A stretch of DNA of 59,984 nt from Tortispora ganteri (GCA_003707115.1 PPNB01000036.1:1-59984), one strand, 5' to 3'. Shown: positions 11,043 to 21,414, counted from the stretch's first letter. Made by a program: numbers and translations. Notes: generated by a model from the sequence alone, not told the origin.

Positions 11043-11834
11043 ATGTCGCAAGAAGTAATATCGAGCCAATTCGCTTTCATTAACGGTTATTTTAGTACAG
11101 ATTGGACCAGTAGGCTAGGTCTCGACCCGCATGTGACTTGGGGCAAGCTAGACCAAGACATAAGCGGACAGAATGATGTCAAAGTGATATTCATAGCGCG
11201 CCACGGCGAAGGGTTTCACAATGTTGCTGAGAGTCTTTATGGAAGCGAAGACTGGGACAGTTACTGGTCAAAGTTGTATAGCGACGGTAATATGACATGG
11301 GGCCCTGATGCCATGCTTACAGATAAAGGAATTGGCCAAGCAAAGTATGCTGGTGAAGTATGGGAAAACGAATTGAGGAAGGGAGCACCGATCCCACAAT
11401 CATTCTATTCCTCGCCTTTGTCTCGATCAGCGGATACGCTGCGCTACACGTGGCCAAATATTAGAGCACAATTCATAGAGAATCTCAGGGAGACTTACGG
11501 TGTGCACACATGCGATATGCGCAGAACGGCCTCTTACTTGAAAAATCGCTACCCTTTGTGGACCTTCGAAGCAAAATTCACCGAAGACGATATGCTATGG
11601 GATCCCAACGTGCGCGAATCGGATGAACATCAACAGCATCGAATGAGGACATTCCTTTGTGAGGTTTTCGAAAAAGATGAAAGCAAGTATATCTCAATTA
11701 CAGCACATTCAGGTACAATAAGAGCATTGCTCACGGTTATCGGTCACCCTAAACGGACGGTGTTGCCAGGGGGAATGATATCGGTCGTAGTGCGCGCGTT
11801 TCTCCCGTGTTCAACAAATCAAAACAATACTTGA
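11043..11834 (+). CDS. PMU1: Phosphoglycerate-mutase-like histidine phosphatase
   Basis: IARHGEGFHNVAE, YSSPLSR, LRETYGVHTCDMRR, ISITAHSGTI. Confidence 0.85.
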   Translation: MSQEVISSQFAFINGYFSTDWTSRLGLDPHVTWGKLDQDISGQNDVKVIFIARHGEGFHNVAESLYGSEDWDSYWSKLYSDGNMTWGPDAMLTDKGIGQAKYAGEVWENELRKGAPIPQSFYSSPLSRSADTLRYTWPNIRAQFIENLRETYGVHTCDMRRTASYLKNRYPLWTFEAKFTEDDMLWDPNVRESDEHQQHRMRTFLCEVFEKDESKYISITAHSGTIRALLTVIGHPKRTVLPGGMISVVVRAFLPCSTNQNNT

Positions 11835-11858
11835 ACAGGCTAACTATTAAACGAATTA

Positions 11859-13691
11859 ATGGGTATAAAAGGGCTTTTAAAGGTGCTCAGTCCTATACAG
11901 AAACATGTACATATTAGCCAATTTAAAGGCGAGACTGTAGCAGTAGACGCATATGTGTGGCTTCATCGAGGCGCCTACAGTTGCGCATGGGAACTGAATC
12001 TCGGGATCCCCACAAAGGCATACGTCAATTTTGTAATAAACAGGTGTCGCATGTTTAGAAAACATGGTGTCGAACCTTACATAGTATTTGATGGAGGTCG
12101 ACTTCCTTTGAAAAACGAAACAAACGCTTACAGAAGAGATCTCCGCGAAACCGCTGTCGCTCAAGGCAAGAAACACCTGCAAGAGGGCAATCCGGAAGAG
12201 GCTCGCAAAATGTTCAGCCGAGCTATATCTATTACGCCTGAAATGTGTTATAAACTAATGCAAGCATTGAAAGAAGAACGGATAAAGTTCATAGTGGCAC
12301 CTTATGAGGCCGACGCTCAAATGGCATATTTGGAAAAAAACGGTTACGTCTCACTGATCGTATCTGAGGACTCTGATCTGTTCGTATTCGGTGCATCTAA
12401 GCTTCTCACAAAGATGGACAACGAAGGAAATGGCATTCTTATTGATCGTGCTGATTTCAGCTCTCTGTCAAAGCTGCCTAGGCTTGGCACTTTTACTCCT
12501 GCTCAGATTCGATTGTGGGCTATATTGTCGGGTTGTGACTACACTAAAGGTGTGTTTAACGTCGGACTGGTGCGTGCTTACGATATTGCGCTCAGATCGC
12601 CGTCCGTTAACAACATTATTGGTCTTAATTTACCGAATGACCTGCTCAAAGAAATCTTTCGCGCTGACATCACATTTCAGTACCAAAGAGTGGTTGATCC
12701 ATCTTCCGGCGAATTGTGTCACCTTAACCCACTCGAAATAGAGCTGGATGACGAAATGAATCACTATATTGGACCGGAAATTCATTCTGACGTTATTTCC
12801 AGTATAGCTAGCGGTCTGCTTGATCCCACCACTCTAGAACCGCGCCTAGCTGATTTATCAGATATTGGCCAGAATCTTGAAGAAGTTTGGCAACCGAAAA
12901 GCTATCAGCCTGAATTGACTCAAACTTCTTTTTTTGACAGTATTAAGCGCAAAAAGGATGAGGCCGGATGTTCAACCCTGAAAGCGTATGATCCGTCTCG
13001 CACTTTCTTTTTAGATGCTCCCTTACATAATGCGACCAAGTCCAATACAGATGCCAGGATTCCAGTGGAGGATTTACTGACTAAGGATACCGATCACTAT
13101 GAGTTTGATGAATTAGATGAATTAGACGAATTTACGCATCTGGACAGCATGACAGAAGTTGAGGGACTTGCCAGCCGATACTTTCAAAAAGACCTAAATG
13201 ACGACTTGAAGAATTGTGAAACTGCTCTCGGTGATTTTGTTGACGAAACTAGTTCTATTCCATCAGAAATTGACACTCCAATTCCTGACCAGAAGAAGAA
13301 TGATGCTAAGATAACAGCTAATGAAGACTATGATGATGAGGACTACATACCAGAATCACCTCTGAAACAAACGCAGAGCGCTCAAGCTTCAAATGCGCGA
13401 ACAAGTAAGAAAAATTTTATTCAATCCTATTCTTGGAATTCTGCACCTTCTACTCCCTCTTTGACATTCAGTTGCAAGTCGTTGCCTATGACTTCATCGT
13501 TTTCCATTACCAGTGCCAGCAGCGATAAGCCACAGACGAGCCCATTACGATTGATTAAACGCAAGCCATTAGAGCAACTTTCTAGAAATTGGATTTCTCC
13601 GACACCTGTCGGTAATAAGCTTGCCAAGATTAACTTTTCAGACTACTACTATTCTCCAATAGACAAGCAAACTGTTGACAAGGAGAATTGA
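11859..13691 (+). CDS. EXO1: Exonuclease 1 (XPG/Rad2 family)
   Basis: MGIKGLL, VDAYVWLHRGAYSCA, VAPYEADAQMAYL, SEDSDL, ILSGCDY; C-terminal SRYF motif. Confidence 0.95.
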   Translation: MGIKGLLKVLSPIQKHVHISQFKGETVAVDAYVWLHRGAYSCAWELNLGIPTKAYVNFVINRCRMFRKHGVEPYIVFDGGRLPLKNETNAYRRDLRETAVAQGKKHLQEGNPEEARKMFSRAISITPEMCYKLMQALKEERIKFIVAPYEADAQMAYLEKNGYVSLIVSEDSDLFVFGASKLLTKMDNEGNGILIDRADFSSLSKLPRLGTFTPAQIRLWAILSGCDYTKGVFNVGLVRAYDIALRSPSVNNIIGLNLPNDLLKEIFRADITFQYQRVVDPSSGELCHLNPLEIELDDEMNHYIGPEIHSDVISSIASGLLDPTTLEPRLADLSDIGQNLEEVWQPKSYQPELTQTSFFDSIKRKKDEAGCSTLKAYDPSRTFFLDAPLHNATKSNTDARIPVEDLLTKDTDHYEFDELDELDEFTHLDSMTEVEGLASRYFQKDLNDDLKNCETALGDFVDETSSIPSEIDTPIPDQKKNDAKITANEDYDDEDYIPESPLKQTQSAQASNARTSKKNFIQSYSWNSAPSTPSLTFSCKSLPMTSSFSITSASSDKPQTSPLRLIKRKPLEQLSRNWISPTPVGNKLAKINFSDYYYSPIDKQTVDKEN

Positions 13692-13820
13692 TGGCATTTA
13701 TGAACAAATCGAAAATACGTGACTCAATAAATGAATTATGAATATTTGTATTAAAGACAAAAAATAAACATAAAAGAAAACAAAATGCGCTTTATGTGGC
13801 CAAACTTAGATGCAGAGGTG

Positions 13821-15053
13821 TCATTGGCGGACAAAATCGGCATAAACCAATTCGTAGCCGCCGAAATCGTGAACAATACGATCAACACGAGTGTAGCCAG
13901 CGGCTGTAAGCTTAAGACAGTTGATCATCTTGCTGGCAGAACGTTTGGACTGAAATAATGTCACGGAAAACCGGCCAGGAAGGAATATGTCAACGACGTC
14001 GTTGAGCGAAAGAGCAGTCTTCCGTCCGGTTAAGTCTGTGGCAGATACGGGCACATTTGTCTCGAATGAGGCATATGAGCACATCTCCTCTGGGGTGACG
14101 TGTATAGTAAGATATTTATCAGAGTCTGGAATAAAGCCATTGCAAGAGTAGCCGCAAGGCAAAAAAGTGAAAGAATCGATTATGGCTTCAGGGTAGATAT
14201 TAGCGATACCTGACTCGCGGCAAACCACATTACCCAGGACATGACCTGAATCGTGAGCGACAAGTGAATTAGTGCATGGACCAAACGAATTAATAGAGTC
14301 ATCGTCGTCGTCACTGGAAACAATGGCGTCGTCAATGATGGCGGTTTCTTCCGCAGTCGCATTATGGGCGGCGCCTACGCGGCCTGCGAAAAAGGTTGAA
14401 CATTTAGTTCTAGACAGATCTGTCATCAGTATTTCAAGAGTTTCGTCAAACAGCTCGTCGATTACTTCGGATGCCTCAGTATGCGAGCATGAAGCATTCT
14501 TCATGTAAAGATGCCAATGGTGGGGCGAATTGACTTTGCCTACAGAATAGGCTGCGCCATCTGGAAAGTACTGGTCAAGATGACTTACCTCTTCTTCCCA
14601 AGACCTGTGCGGGTGCAATTGGCGGTCTGGAAACAGGAATTCCTTGCGAGAATAAAAAAGTTGGTAAGGATCAGAGGAAAATCCAATCGAGGTAGCTAGT
14701 TCGATAATGCGTTGAATGCCAACCAGCAACGTGGTAGTTCCACATGTTTTCAATATAAGCTTGTGTGGAAACACAAACATAGAGGATTCAGAGAGAAGGA
14801 AGGCTCTGAGCATGTTATTGCTGACAACAGACAAGACTTTACATTGGACTAAATCAAGCATGGACTCCCATTGATCCCGACTTATTGAAAGCAATCCATT
14901 TCCATTGGGCATATCAACAGGGAATGGTGCAAACCAAACTTCAAGCAGTTTTTCGGGACCTTCAAAGGCATCTGACGAGTCGAGCTTTACGCTCTCTCGA
15001 TGGTTTACGGAGTACCGCGCCTCAGATACGATTTGGTTAAGTTGTGTGACCAT
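13821..15053 (-). CDS. SPE2: S-adenosylmethionine decarboxylase proenzyme
   Basis: AFEGPEKLLEVWF, FLLSESSMFV (pyruvoyl site), ILKTCGTTTLL, PCGYSCNG, TIHVTPE..SYASFETN. Confidence 0.96.
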   Translation of the reverse strand: MVTQLNQIVSEARYSVNHRESVKLDSSDAFEGPEKLLEVWFAPFPVDMPNGNGLLSISRDQWESMLDLVQCKVLSVVSNNMLRAFLLSESSMFVFPHKLILKTCGTTTLLVGIQRIIELATSIGFSSDPYQLFYSRKEFLFPDRQLHPHRSWEEEVSHLDQYFPDGAAYSVGKVNSPHHWHLYMKNASCSHTEASEVIDELFDETLEILMTDLSRTKCSTFFAGRVGAAHNATAEETAIIDDAIVSSDDDDDSINSFGPCTNSLVAHDSGHVLGNVVCRESGIANIYPEAIIDSFTFLPCGYSCNGFIPDSDKYLTIHVTPEEMCSYASFETNVPVSATDLTGRKTALSLNDVVDIFLPGRFSVTLFQSKRSASKMINCLKLTAAGYTRVDRIVHDFGGYELVYADFVRQ

Positions 15054-15110
15054 TGGCGGTTATTAAAAACAATAAATTTGAACTGCAGTAATAATGCGTC
15101 AAACCGAATG

Positions 15111-15161
15111 TTATCTGGGTTTGAGCGGACGAGTAAAAAATAGATGAAGTGCCTTCGACAT
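15111..15161 (-). promoter_or_regulatory. Candidate uORF MSKALHLFFTRPLKPR* in the SPE2 5' leader
   Basis: Only minus-strand ATG between the SPE2 start and about 15590; stop lies 57 nt before the main ATG. Confidence 0.55.
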
Positions 15162-15448
15162 AAGCCAGATGCTCACTCCTTAATATTCCCCGGCTTTTCG
15201 ACAAAAAAAGTTCCAAGGAAAGGAGAGGCCGGATGGAGTAGACAAGAAAATTCAGTTAGCAGAAAAAGATCTAGAATATTACAAGCCTAAAATGCTATGA
15301 CTTAATAAAAATCCCAGATCCCCTGATTTGCTGTTGAGGGTGCTGATATGTCTAGCAATAGAAAAAAAAAGAAACCTCAAAAATGTTTAAGAAGTGGATG
15401 ATTCGCTTGTAAACAGAGCTACAGATTCACGTAGAAAATCAATCAAGA

Positions 15449-15455
15449 TGAGTCA
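15449..15455. promoter_or_regulatory. Gcn4-type site TGAGTCA in the SPE2/GLC8 divergent promoter
   Basis: Consensus 7-mer. Confidence 0.35.
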
Positions 15456-15696
15456 CTAAATAGATATAATGACACCGCAATCTTCTAACTAGTGTATCAA
15501 GATGAAGAAAGAGAGTAATTGCTCAAATTAGTTGTTTAATGCCCCGAGGAAATAAACGAAAAATTAGCTTCCTGAAGTGAGTACAGGGTAGCATTGTTCA
15601 CTTAGAAAAAAAAATGTCGGATACTATGGCAACGGTAGTACTTTCTGAGTGACCACTTTATTTTCGAACCGATATCTGATAGGATACTGATTTAAT

Positions 15697-16296
15697 ATGA
15701 CTGGAGAAGTGCCGAAGCGTGGTATTCTGAAAAATGCGCATCATTTAACGGAAGAGGAAAAGCAACAGATTGCAAAAGAGGCAGAAATAAATAGAAAACT
15801 TGTGCTTGAAAACACTTTGAAGAACAGGAAGCTTCACGAGTTGTTGACAGCTCGGCAGAACGATGAAGAACAGACCAAACTTCCTAATAATGGGGATTCA
15901 TCATTGCATTTGCAGTGGAATGAAGAAAATATAAATGCGAACGAGGCGGCGAAAAGTCCGAAAATGAAAATCACTGAACCTGATACGCCATATGCTGGAT
16001 CTCATGAACCAGAGTATTACGATTACAATGACGAACCAGAAGAAATACCTGATTTAGAATTAGGCGAACCTGAAGTCGCCCCTGAAGATGATCCTAGCAT
16101 AGAAGCATCTAGAATAATCGTCGATCCCAGTATAAATGCGCAAGAAAGTTCTGACGCAGCAGAAAGCGATACGGAAAGCTCTACTAAACACAAACAGTTT
16201 GAAGAGAAGAGAAAAAAACATTATGACCATGCTGGTGATGCATTAAGAATTGCGCGACAATTAGCCGAAGAGGAAGCGGAAGAAGACGATGAATAA
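15697..16296 (+). CDS. GLC8: PP1 inhibitor-2 / Glc8
   Basis: RGILKN, LQWNEENI, MKITEPDTPY, FEEKRKKHY. Confidence 0.9.
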   Translation: MTGEVPKRGILKNAHHLTEEEKQQIAKEAEINRKLVLENTLKNRKLHELLTARQNDEEQTKLPNNGDSSLHLQWNEENINANEAAKSPKMKITEPDTPYAGSHEPEYYDYNDEPEEIPDLELGEPEVAPEDDPSIEASRIIVDPSINAQESSDAAESDTESSTKHKQFEEKRKKHYDHAGDALRIARQLAEEEAEEDDE

Positions 16297-16485
16297 CTAA
16301 TAGGAATATTTTGCACCTATACTATCTGCTCCGTGTCAACAGGTTAATCGGCCCATCCATTGACGGACTCAACCTGTAAGTTAGCTTTGTGTTTTAATAC
16401 AATTGCTACATGATTAATAATAAATAAAGGTGAAATAAATAAAAATAAGACCGGATTTACACTGATTCCTTGTATAAATTATCCA

Positions 16486-17199
16486 CTAAGACCAGAACCA
16501 TCCTCCTTTCCGGTTCTCAGAGGCAGGGATAACCTTTTCAAACTCAGATTCGGATGAAGTGCCGTCAGAATACCACTTCTTAATGCGTTCATGCGTAACG
16601 ATTGAACCATCATCTTGCGTGTGGGTTTCTCTAGTAACTCTTTGTCCGCGTATGTTAACAGACTTGTCATCAACCCTAGGTTTCTCTCCGCCGATAACTG
16701 TAATGTCACTGCTGTCTTTATTATAGTAGCGATCCCATCTGTCGAACATGGTGTCAAATATTGTGTCAAACTTGCCTCGGGCTTCGTTATAAACCTGGTT
16801 CATTGTCTTTAAGTAAGCATCACCGTCCTTATTAGGATCGATGTCATCCCACTTATCAAGCCATTCACCCACTGAGGGGAATGAAGAGGCAACAGTGCTG
16901 ATAAAAGGAACTCCAAACGCATTAAGTACGTCGGTGTTCGCATATTCATTGTCGTTTCCTTGACGGAATTCCTTAGAGCGATAACTCAAATATTTGTCAT
17001 AAGACTTGAACATTTCATTTAATTTATCCTGGCTATATCCTGGAAGTATACATCTCCATACTCCACGCCTATCCCAGTATCCAGTTCCGCCCATGTCCAT
17101 ACACTTCACGTTCTGCGAAGCTGAAGGAACAGGGTATGCCCAGTCTTTTACTAGCGATTGATTCGAAGGTTTCTCACTGATTTTGTTGCATTCAGGCAT
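16486..17199 (-). CDS. MPM1: Mpm1-like mitochondrial membrane protein
   Basis: WAYPVPS..C..GGTGYWDRRGVWRCILP and C-terminal K(W/Y)YxDG resemble Mpm1. Confidence 0.6.
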   Translation of the reverse strand: MPECNKISEKPSNQSLVKDWAYPVPSASQNVKCMDMGGTGYWDRRGVWRCILPGYSQDKLNEMFKSYDKYLSYRSKEFRQGNDNEYANTDVLNAFGVPFISTVASSFPSVGEWLDKWDDIDPNKDGDAYLKTMNQVYNEARGKFDTIFDTMFDRWDRYYNKDSSDITVIGGEKPRVDDKSVNIRGQRVTRETHTQDDGSIVTHERIKKWYSDGTSSESEFEKVIPASENRKGGWFWS

Positions 17200-17657
17200 C
17201 GTAGCAATGTATTAGTTGTCAAAAGAAAAAGAGAATGATCTGGATACTGGGCGTTCTCATCATATATATATGTTACGCTTACGCATCCTCCCATTATTCA
17301 GCCAATCAGGAAACAACTTCGGAATCTTACAGCTAATATAAAAGTTTTCGCGCACTGATACTTTCATTTTTTTCCTTATACCAGAACGTGAGCTAAAGTT
17401 ATTATCAGGACTGAGCATGACTGTGTTTTGGTTCCAATGGTTGATCGATTCGAATGAGCGACGCGTTCTGCTGAATTCATTTGAGTAATAAATCGTTGCC
17501 AAAACGTCAAGCAGTTATCTGTTCGCTTTTCTATCCTGTACTAATAGATTCCCGCTCACGAAGAAGAAATGATTTGCTTGATCTTATAAGAACCCGTGCA
17601 TATTTTTTTGTGCATGCTCGAGTGTCAGAGAGATCATACATATTATTGGCTCCTTAT

Positions 17658-19895
17658 TCATATCAGGTATCCACTAATAATGCTTTGTATAACCCATTCC
17701 TTGCATATAATTGTAGCTTCTTCGTATCTCACATTAAGTTCTTTTCTGGTATTAACACCAGTAATATACACAAAATCATACTTTGCGGCATCCAATTTCA
17801 CTGCTTTGGGTTTCAATCCATTCAGTAATGACACACCCCAACCATGTGCCGCTGTATCATTCATCTCTTCAATGCTCATTGCATCCCATATATGTCCAAG
17901 TAGATAACCCAAGTCAATACCGTCCATATTGTTTTTCTCGCCCTTAAAAACTATTAGCACGCGCTTGTTCTCCATTAGTCGTTTTCGATTCAAGTATTGC
18001 AGCCTCATGTTCCAGCCTAGCTTCATGCCTAGTGAAAACTGACCGCAGTCTATTGAAACGATAGCTCCTTCGCATGTTAAAGAGCTGCCTGCCGCTAATA
18101 GGTACCTTTCCCAAGGAGGCAATGCGTTGTTTGTTATTGCATCTTCTATAAACCGAACGCTCAAACATGGGAACCCCAGTGCTAGCGCTTCCAAATACTT
18201 CCATCTGCGAGAATGACTGGTAGATATAACACAACCAAATATTGCTTTGTTAATGACAGAATCTTTTCTGAAGCAAGCATCATCACTTATTACATTTGCA
18301 AACCCATCTGATAGAATTGTACCTCCGTAGGACCTAATCATTTTCTCGTATTTGGAATTCTGTTCTGTTCCAGACACACTGAACAAAACACCTTCGAGTA
18401 GGTGTGATTCGATTTCCTTACTTCCCTCGGAAACTGCTGTCATTTCAAAATCAGTCTGGATTTTTACATTCTCTGCATCCTGCTCATCCATGGATTGTGG
18501 ACTTGGGCTTTCGACTAAATCTCCTCGAGCAGGACGGGCATGACGTAATGATTTCATTTCATGGAATATGCTATCATCAGCTGGAACAAATTCCACAGGG
18601 CGAGACCCATGCAGCTTCGAAAACAATTTCCGTGTTATAAAAAGAGAGGATATAGGACACTCGATAGTTTTCTGGAACTCTGCTTCACCTCGTTTGCGCA
18701 TTGGAGCTATTTCGACCATGTTGGAACCATCCACAGCAATTTGGTCTTTTGAACCGTTCTCTGAGAAGAAAGAGCGCACAACTTGATAGCGACCTTTTGG
18801 TTTATAGTTGTCATCTAGCAACTTAACCTCATCCCCTTGATGGATTTCAAGCTTCATAATGTGACTGAGGGGAAGGGTGAATAACGAGCCGTCATCAAAT
18901 TTCACTTCAAAGTCTGCTTCATTTTTTGATATTATTGTGGCCGTAAAACAACCTTCATTAGGCCAAAATGCAAACACTCGAAACCTCTTAACATTGCTTG
19001 CTTCGTTGGCGGTGTCTGTTGATTCAATATCCTCATCCAGCGAAGATGCAATAGACTCCTCATCGCTCAGACAAGGAACCAGTTGCAATGTTTTCGATGT
19101 TTTTTTCAATATAGGCGAGCCACTAAAATGATTCTCGACAGCATTAAATTTATTTGTGTTCCGCCTCAGAAAAGGCGAGGAGGTATCGGGAACAACTATA
19201 GGGTTTGGCTTGGACATTGGCGTTTCTCCAACTTGGATTGCTTTAGATGGGTCAGACTGTGATAAGGCTTTGACATTACCTTCACCTGGATCAGACGAAG
19301 GAATTACTTGTAGAGCAGACTTGCGAATATGAGAGTCATCAGAGGAGACTGTAGCATCAGGTGCAGTGGAAGGCGGAGCGATATTGTCCAAGAGAGGTTG
19401 TTTATCTAGAAAGTTTGAAGTTGGAAATATAGCTAAAGAATCAGTTTGATAGGCAGCATTAAAAGCTTCAGAGTCATTTAAGTCACTATGATCATTGATG
19501 CTAATCACTTGAGTTGGTTCGAACTGCGTTGGTTTGAAATCAATGACTAGAGACTGCGAGAGTTGAGATTCTGATTCAATTATTGGTGGGATTTCCCTTA
19601 AGTTATCAAAGCAATCCACAGAACTGTCTAATTTGCGTTTCCTGGTAGTTGAAGGAGAAGGAGTAGCTGTGGAATCATTAAAAAGCTGAGAAAGATCGTT
19701 CGATGATACTACTTTTTTTTGTTTGAATGTTATAGGCGTAGTTGAATTTGATATGGAGTTGGAGTTAGATATATCGACTAAGGAGTTATCATTATTATTT
19801 TCATGTTCATTATAGTTATCATTAAAGGGATCTGTCTCATCGTCAGAATGCTCAGAAGCCTGTGAAACACTGTTATCGAATATAACTTGCTTCAT
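17658..19895 (-). CDS. RAD9: DNA-damage checkpoint adaptor Rad9/Crb2 (tandem Tudor plus tandem BRCT)
   Basis: Disordered SQ/TQ-containing N-terminus, Tudor (RVFAFW..VKFDDG), BRCT (SRRWKYLEALALGFPCL, EWVIQSIISG). Confidence 0.85.
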   Translation of the reverse strand: MKQVIFDNSVSQASEHSDDETDPFNDNYNEHENNNDNSLVDISNSNSISNSTTPITFKQKKVVSSNDLSQLFNDSTATPSPSTTRKRKLDSSVDCFDNLREIPPIIESESQLSQSLVIDFKPTQFEPTQVISINDHSDLNDSEAFNAAYQTDSLAIFPTSNFLDKQPLLDNIAPPSTAPDATVSSDDSHIRKSALQVIPSSDPGEGNVKALSQSDPSKAIQVGETPMSKPNPIVVPDTSSPFLRRNTNKFNAVENHFSGSPILKKTSKTLQLVPCLSDEESIASSLDEDIESTDTANEASNVKRFRVFAFWPNEGCFTATIISKNEADFEVKFDDGSLFTLPLSHIMKLEIHQGDEVKLLDDNYKPKGRYQVVRSFFSENGSKDQIAVDGSNMVEIAPMRKRGEAEFQKTIECPISSLFITRKLFSKLHGSRPVEFVPADDSIFHEMKSLRHARPARGDLVESPSPQSMDEQDAENVKIQTDFEMTAVSEGSKEIESHLLEGVLFSVSGTEQNSKYEKMIRSYGGTILSDGFANVISDDACFRKDSVINKAIFGCVISTSHSRRWKYLEALALGFPCLSVRFIEDAITNNALPPWERYLLAAGSSLTCEGAIVSIDCGQFSLGMKLGWNMRLQYLNRKRLMENKRVLIVFKGEKNNMDGIDLGYLLGHIWDAMSIEEMNDTAAHGWGVSLLNGLKPKAVKLDAAKYDFVYITGVNTRKELNVRYEEATIICKEWVIQSIISGYLI

Positions 19896-20034
19896 GAACG
19901 CGTAGTGGGAGAAGTTAAGTGAGGTGTAAGCAGGTTTGACGGCATGGTCGTACTTGAAAAGAAATCGACAGAAGAAATTTACAGCACAGTGTAGCCACTA
20001 TTTATTAACAAGGAAGTCGCAATTCTGGTGCAGT

Positions 20035-20454
20035 TTATTTCTTCTGTGAGGGGTAAATCTGTGCATTTATCGCAGATACGTTACGTTCTTGAAATTGTGT
20101 CTGTCGATCGACAATAAGCTCATCAATAGTTGTTTCAGTCGTTGTATCAATATTCACCGTATACCCTTGATCCTGTAGTAGTGCAACAATAATTAATAGT
20201 TTCGGTATTGCTTTCCCTAATGCAATCATTGTCAAGCACTTTGGTGGGTGCGGTTTGCAAAAGAGTCTTACAGCCTTCGCGACCTGACCTTTAACTGAAG
20301 TGTGTGGCGATATTTTGACAAGAAAAGGCGACCTTGACTGATTGTCATTTAAAACAGGATGCTTGCAAATAGTTGCATCTGTTCAGTTAGTAATCCGATT
20401 GGCTATATACCTTTTACATCACGTACCTTTTATATGGTGCAACTTCTCAGTCAT
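20035..20454 (-). CDS. POP7: RNase P/MRP subunit Pop7; exons 20454-20427 and 20378-20035
   Basis: Spliced product MTEKLHHIKDATICKHP...ALGKAIPKLL..LQDQG..TTTETTIDEL..RNVSAINAQIY matches Pop7 motifs; exon phases agree. Confidence 0.85.
20379..20426 (-). other. 48-nt spliceosomal intron in POP7
   Basis: GTACGT donor, TACTAAC branch point, CAG acceptor; contains an in-frame TGA. Confidence 0.85.
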
Positions 20455-20671
20455 GTCGATATTAGAGTTCACGATGAACGCCGATATACACGAGAATATT
20501 GAACAACCAAAAGCTGTCAATTCACGTGCAGTCAACTTTATGCGGTGGATGTTTTGCGATATATTATAATATTCATTCAAAATAGAGAGAAACAACTGTG
20601 GAGTTATTTTTCCATAGTTTAGTTATCACACCAACTGTACGCGCTCAGATTGACGCAACACCGGAACGCTT

Positions 20672-20702
20672 TTGCATCATCATTCCACTTGCATCATCAT
20701 TC
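20672..20702. repeat. 14-bp direct repeat TTGCATCATCATTC x2
   Basis: Copies at 20672-20685 and 20689-20702. Confidence 0.8.
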
Positions 20703-21165
20703 ACGATCAATCAAAGCTTTCCGCCCCAAAATATTGCGTCTACACTTATGCCTATCTCAGCAGTATAATCATTCATATATTTAACGCGTTGCATATTATT
20801 TACATTCCTTGAGATCTTTAAGATTAAGATTAAGATCTGATAAGAATATTTACCCCAACCCCAAAAATGATGAATCAGACCATTTCTTAGCGCGCTATAT
20901 ACAGGGCTAATGATTAACTTTTCACGCCATTTCTATAAAAACCAAACCAATTCCTCGTTTCGATTGTCAATCCCTTAGCCTTTCTTATTCTGAATACCAT
21001 CACTTTACAAAAATGATCCGATCAACTACCAATATGTCAAAAGTGATAACATATTCTTACATCATATCTGGTCTCACTCTTCCTTTCTTGTTGCCCCTAC
21101 GCAAGTCCTTAATCATATCGAAATCAGCTACGACTAACCAGCTGCTCCTGCACAGATTCAAATCT

Positions 21166-21414
21166 TTATAATCTATCACCACCTTTGCGACTCATATAGC
21201 TGTTCCCGGCTCCTTCGTACTTGCTCTTCCGCTTCAGGTTCGGATTGGCCTCACCGAGACCCTTACTAATATCGGTCAACATTCCGTCCTCGAACTTTTT
21301 CTGTCTAAACGACGAAATGATCAGCTTCGATCCAGTGAACAGAACTAGCGAGCACGTCACAAGAAGCAGGTTCTTCGTCCAAAACTTGTTCAGTTCAAAT
21401 CTAGTATTGCGCAT
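21166..21414 (-). CDS. Small (82 aa) single-TM hypothetical protein
   Basis: ATG at 21414; hydrophobic segment LLLVTCSLVLFTGSKLII; basic C-terminus KSKYEGAGNSYMSRKGGDRL. Confidence 0.55.
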   Translation of the reverse strand: MRNTRFELNKFWTKNLLLVTCSLVLFTGSKLIISSFRQKKFEDGMLTDISKGLGEANPNLKRKSKYEGAGNSYMSRKGGDRL

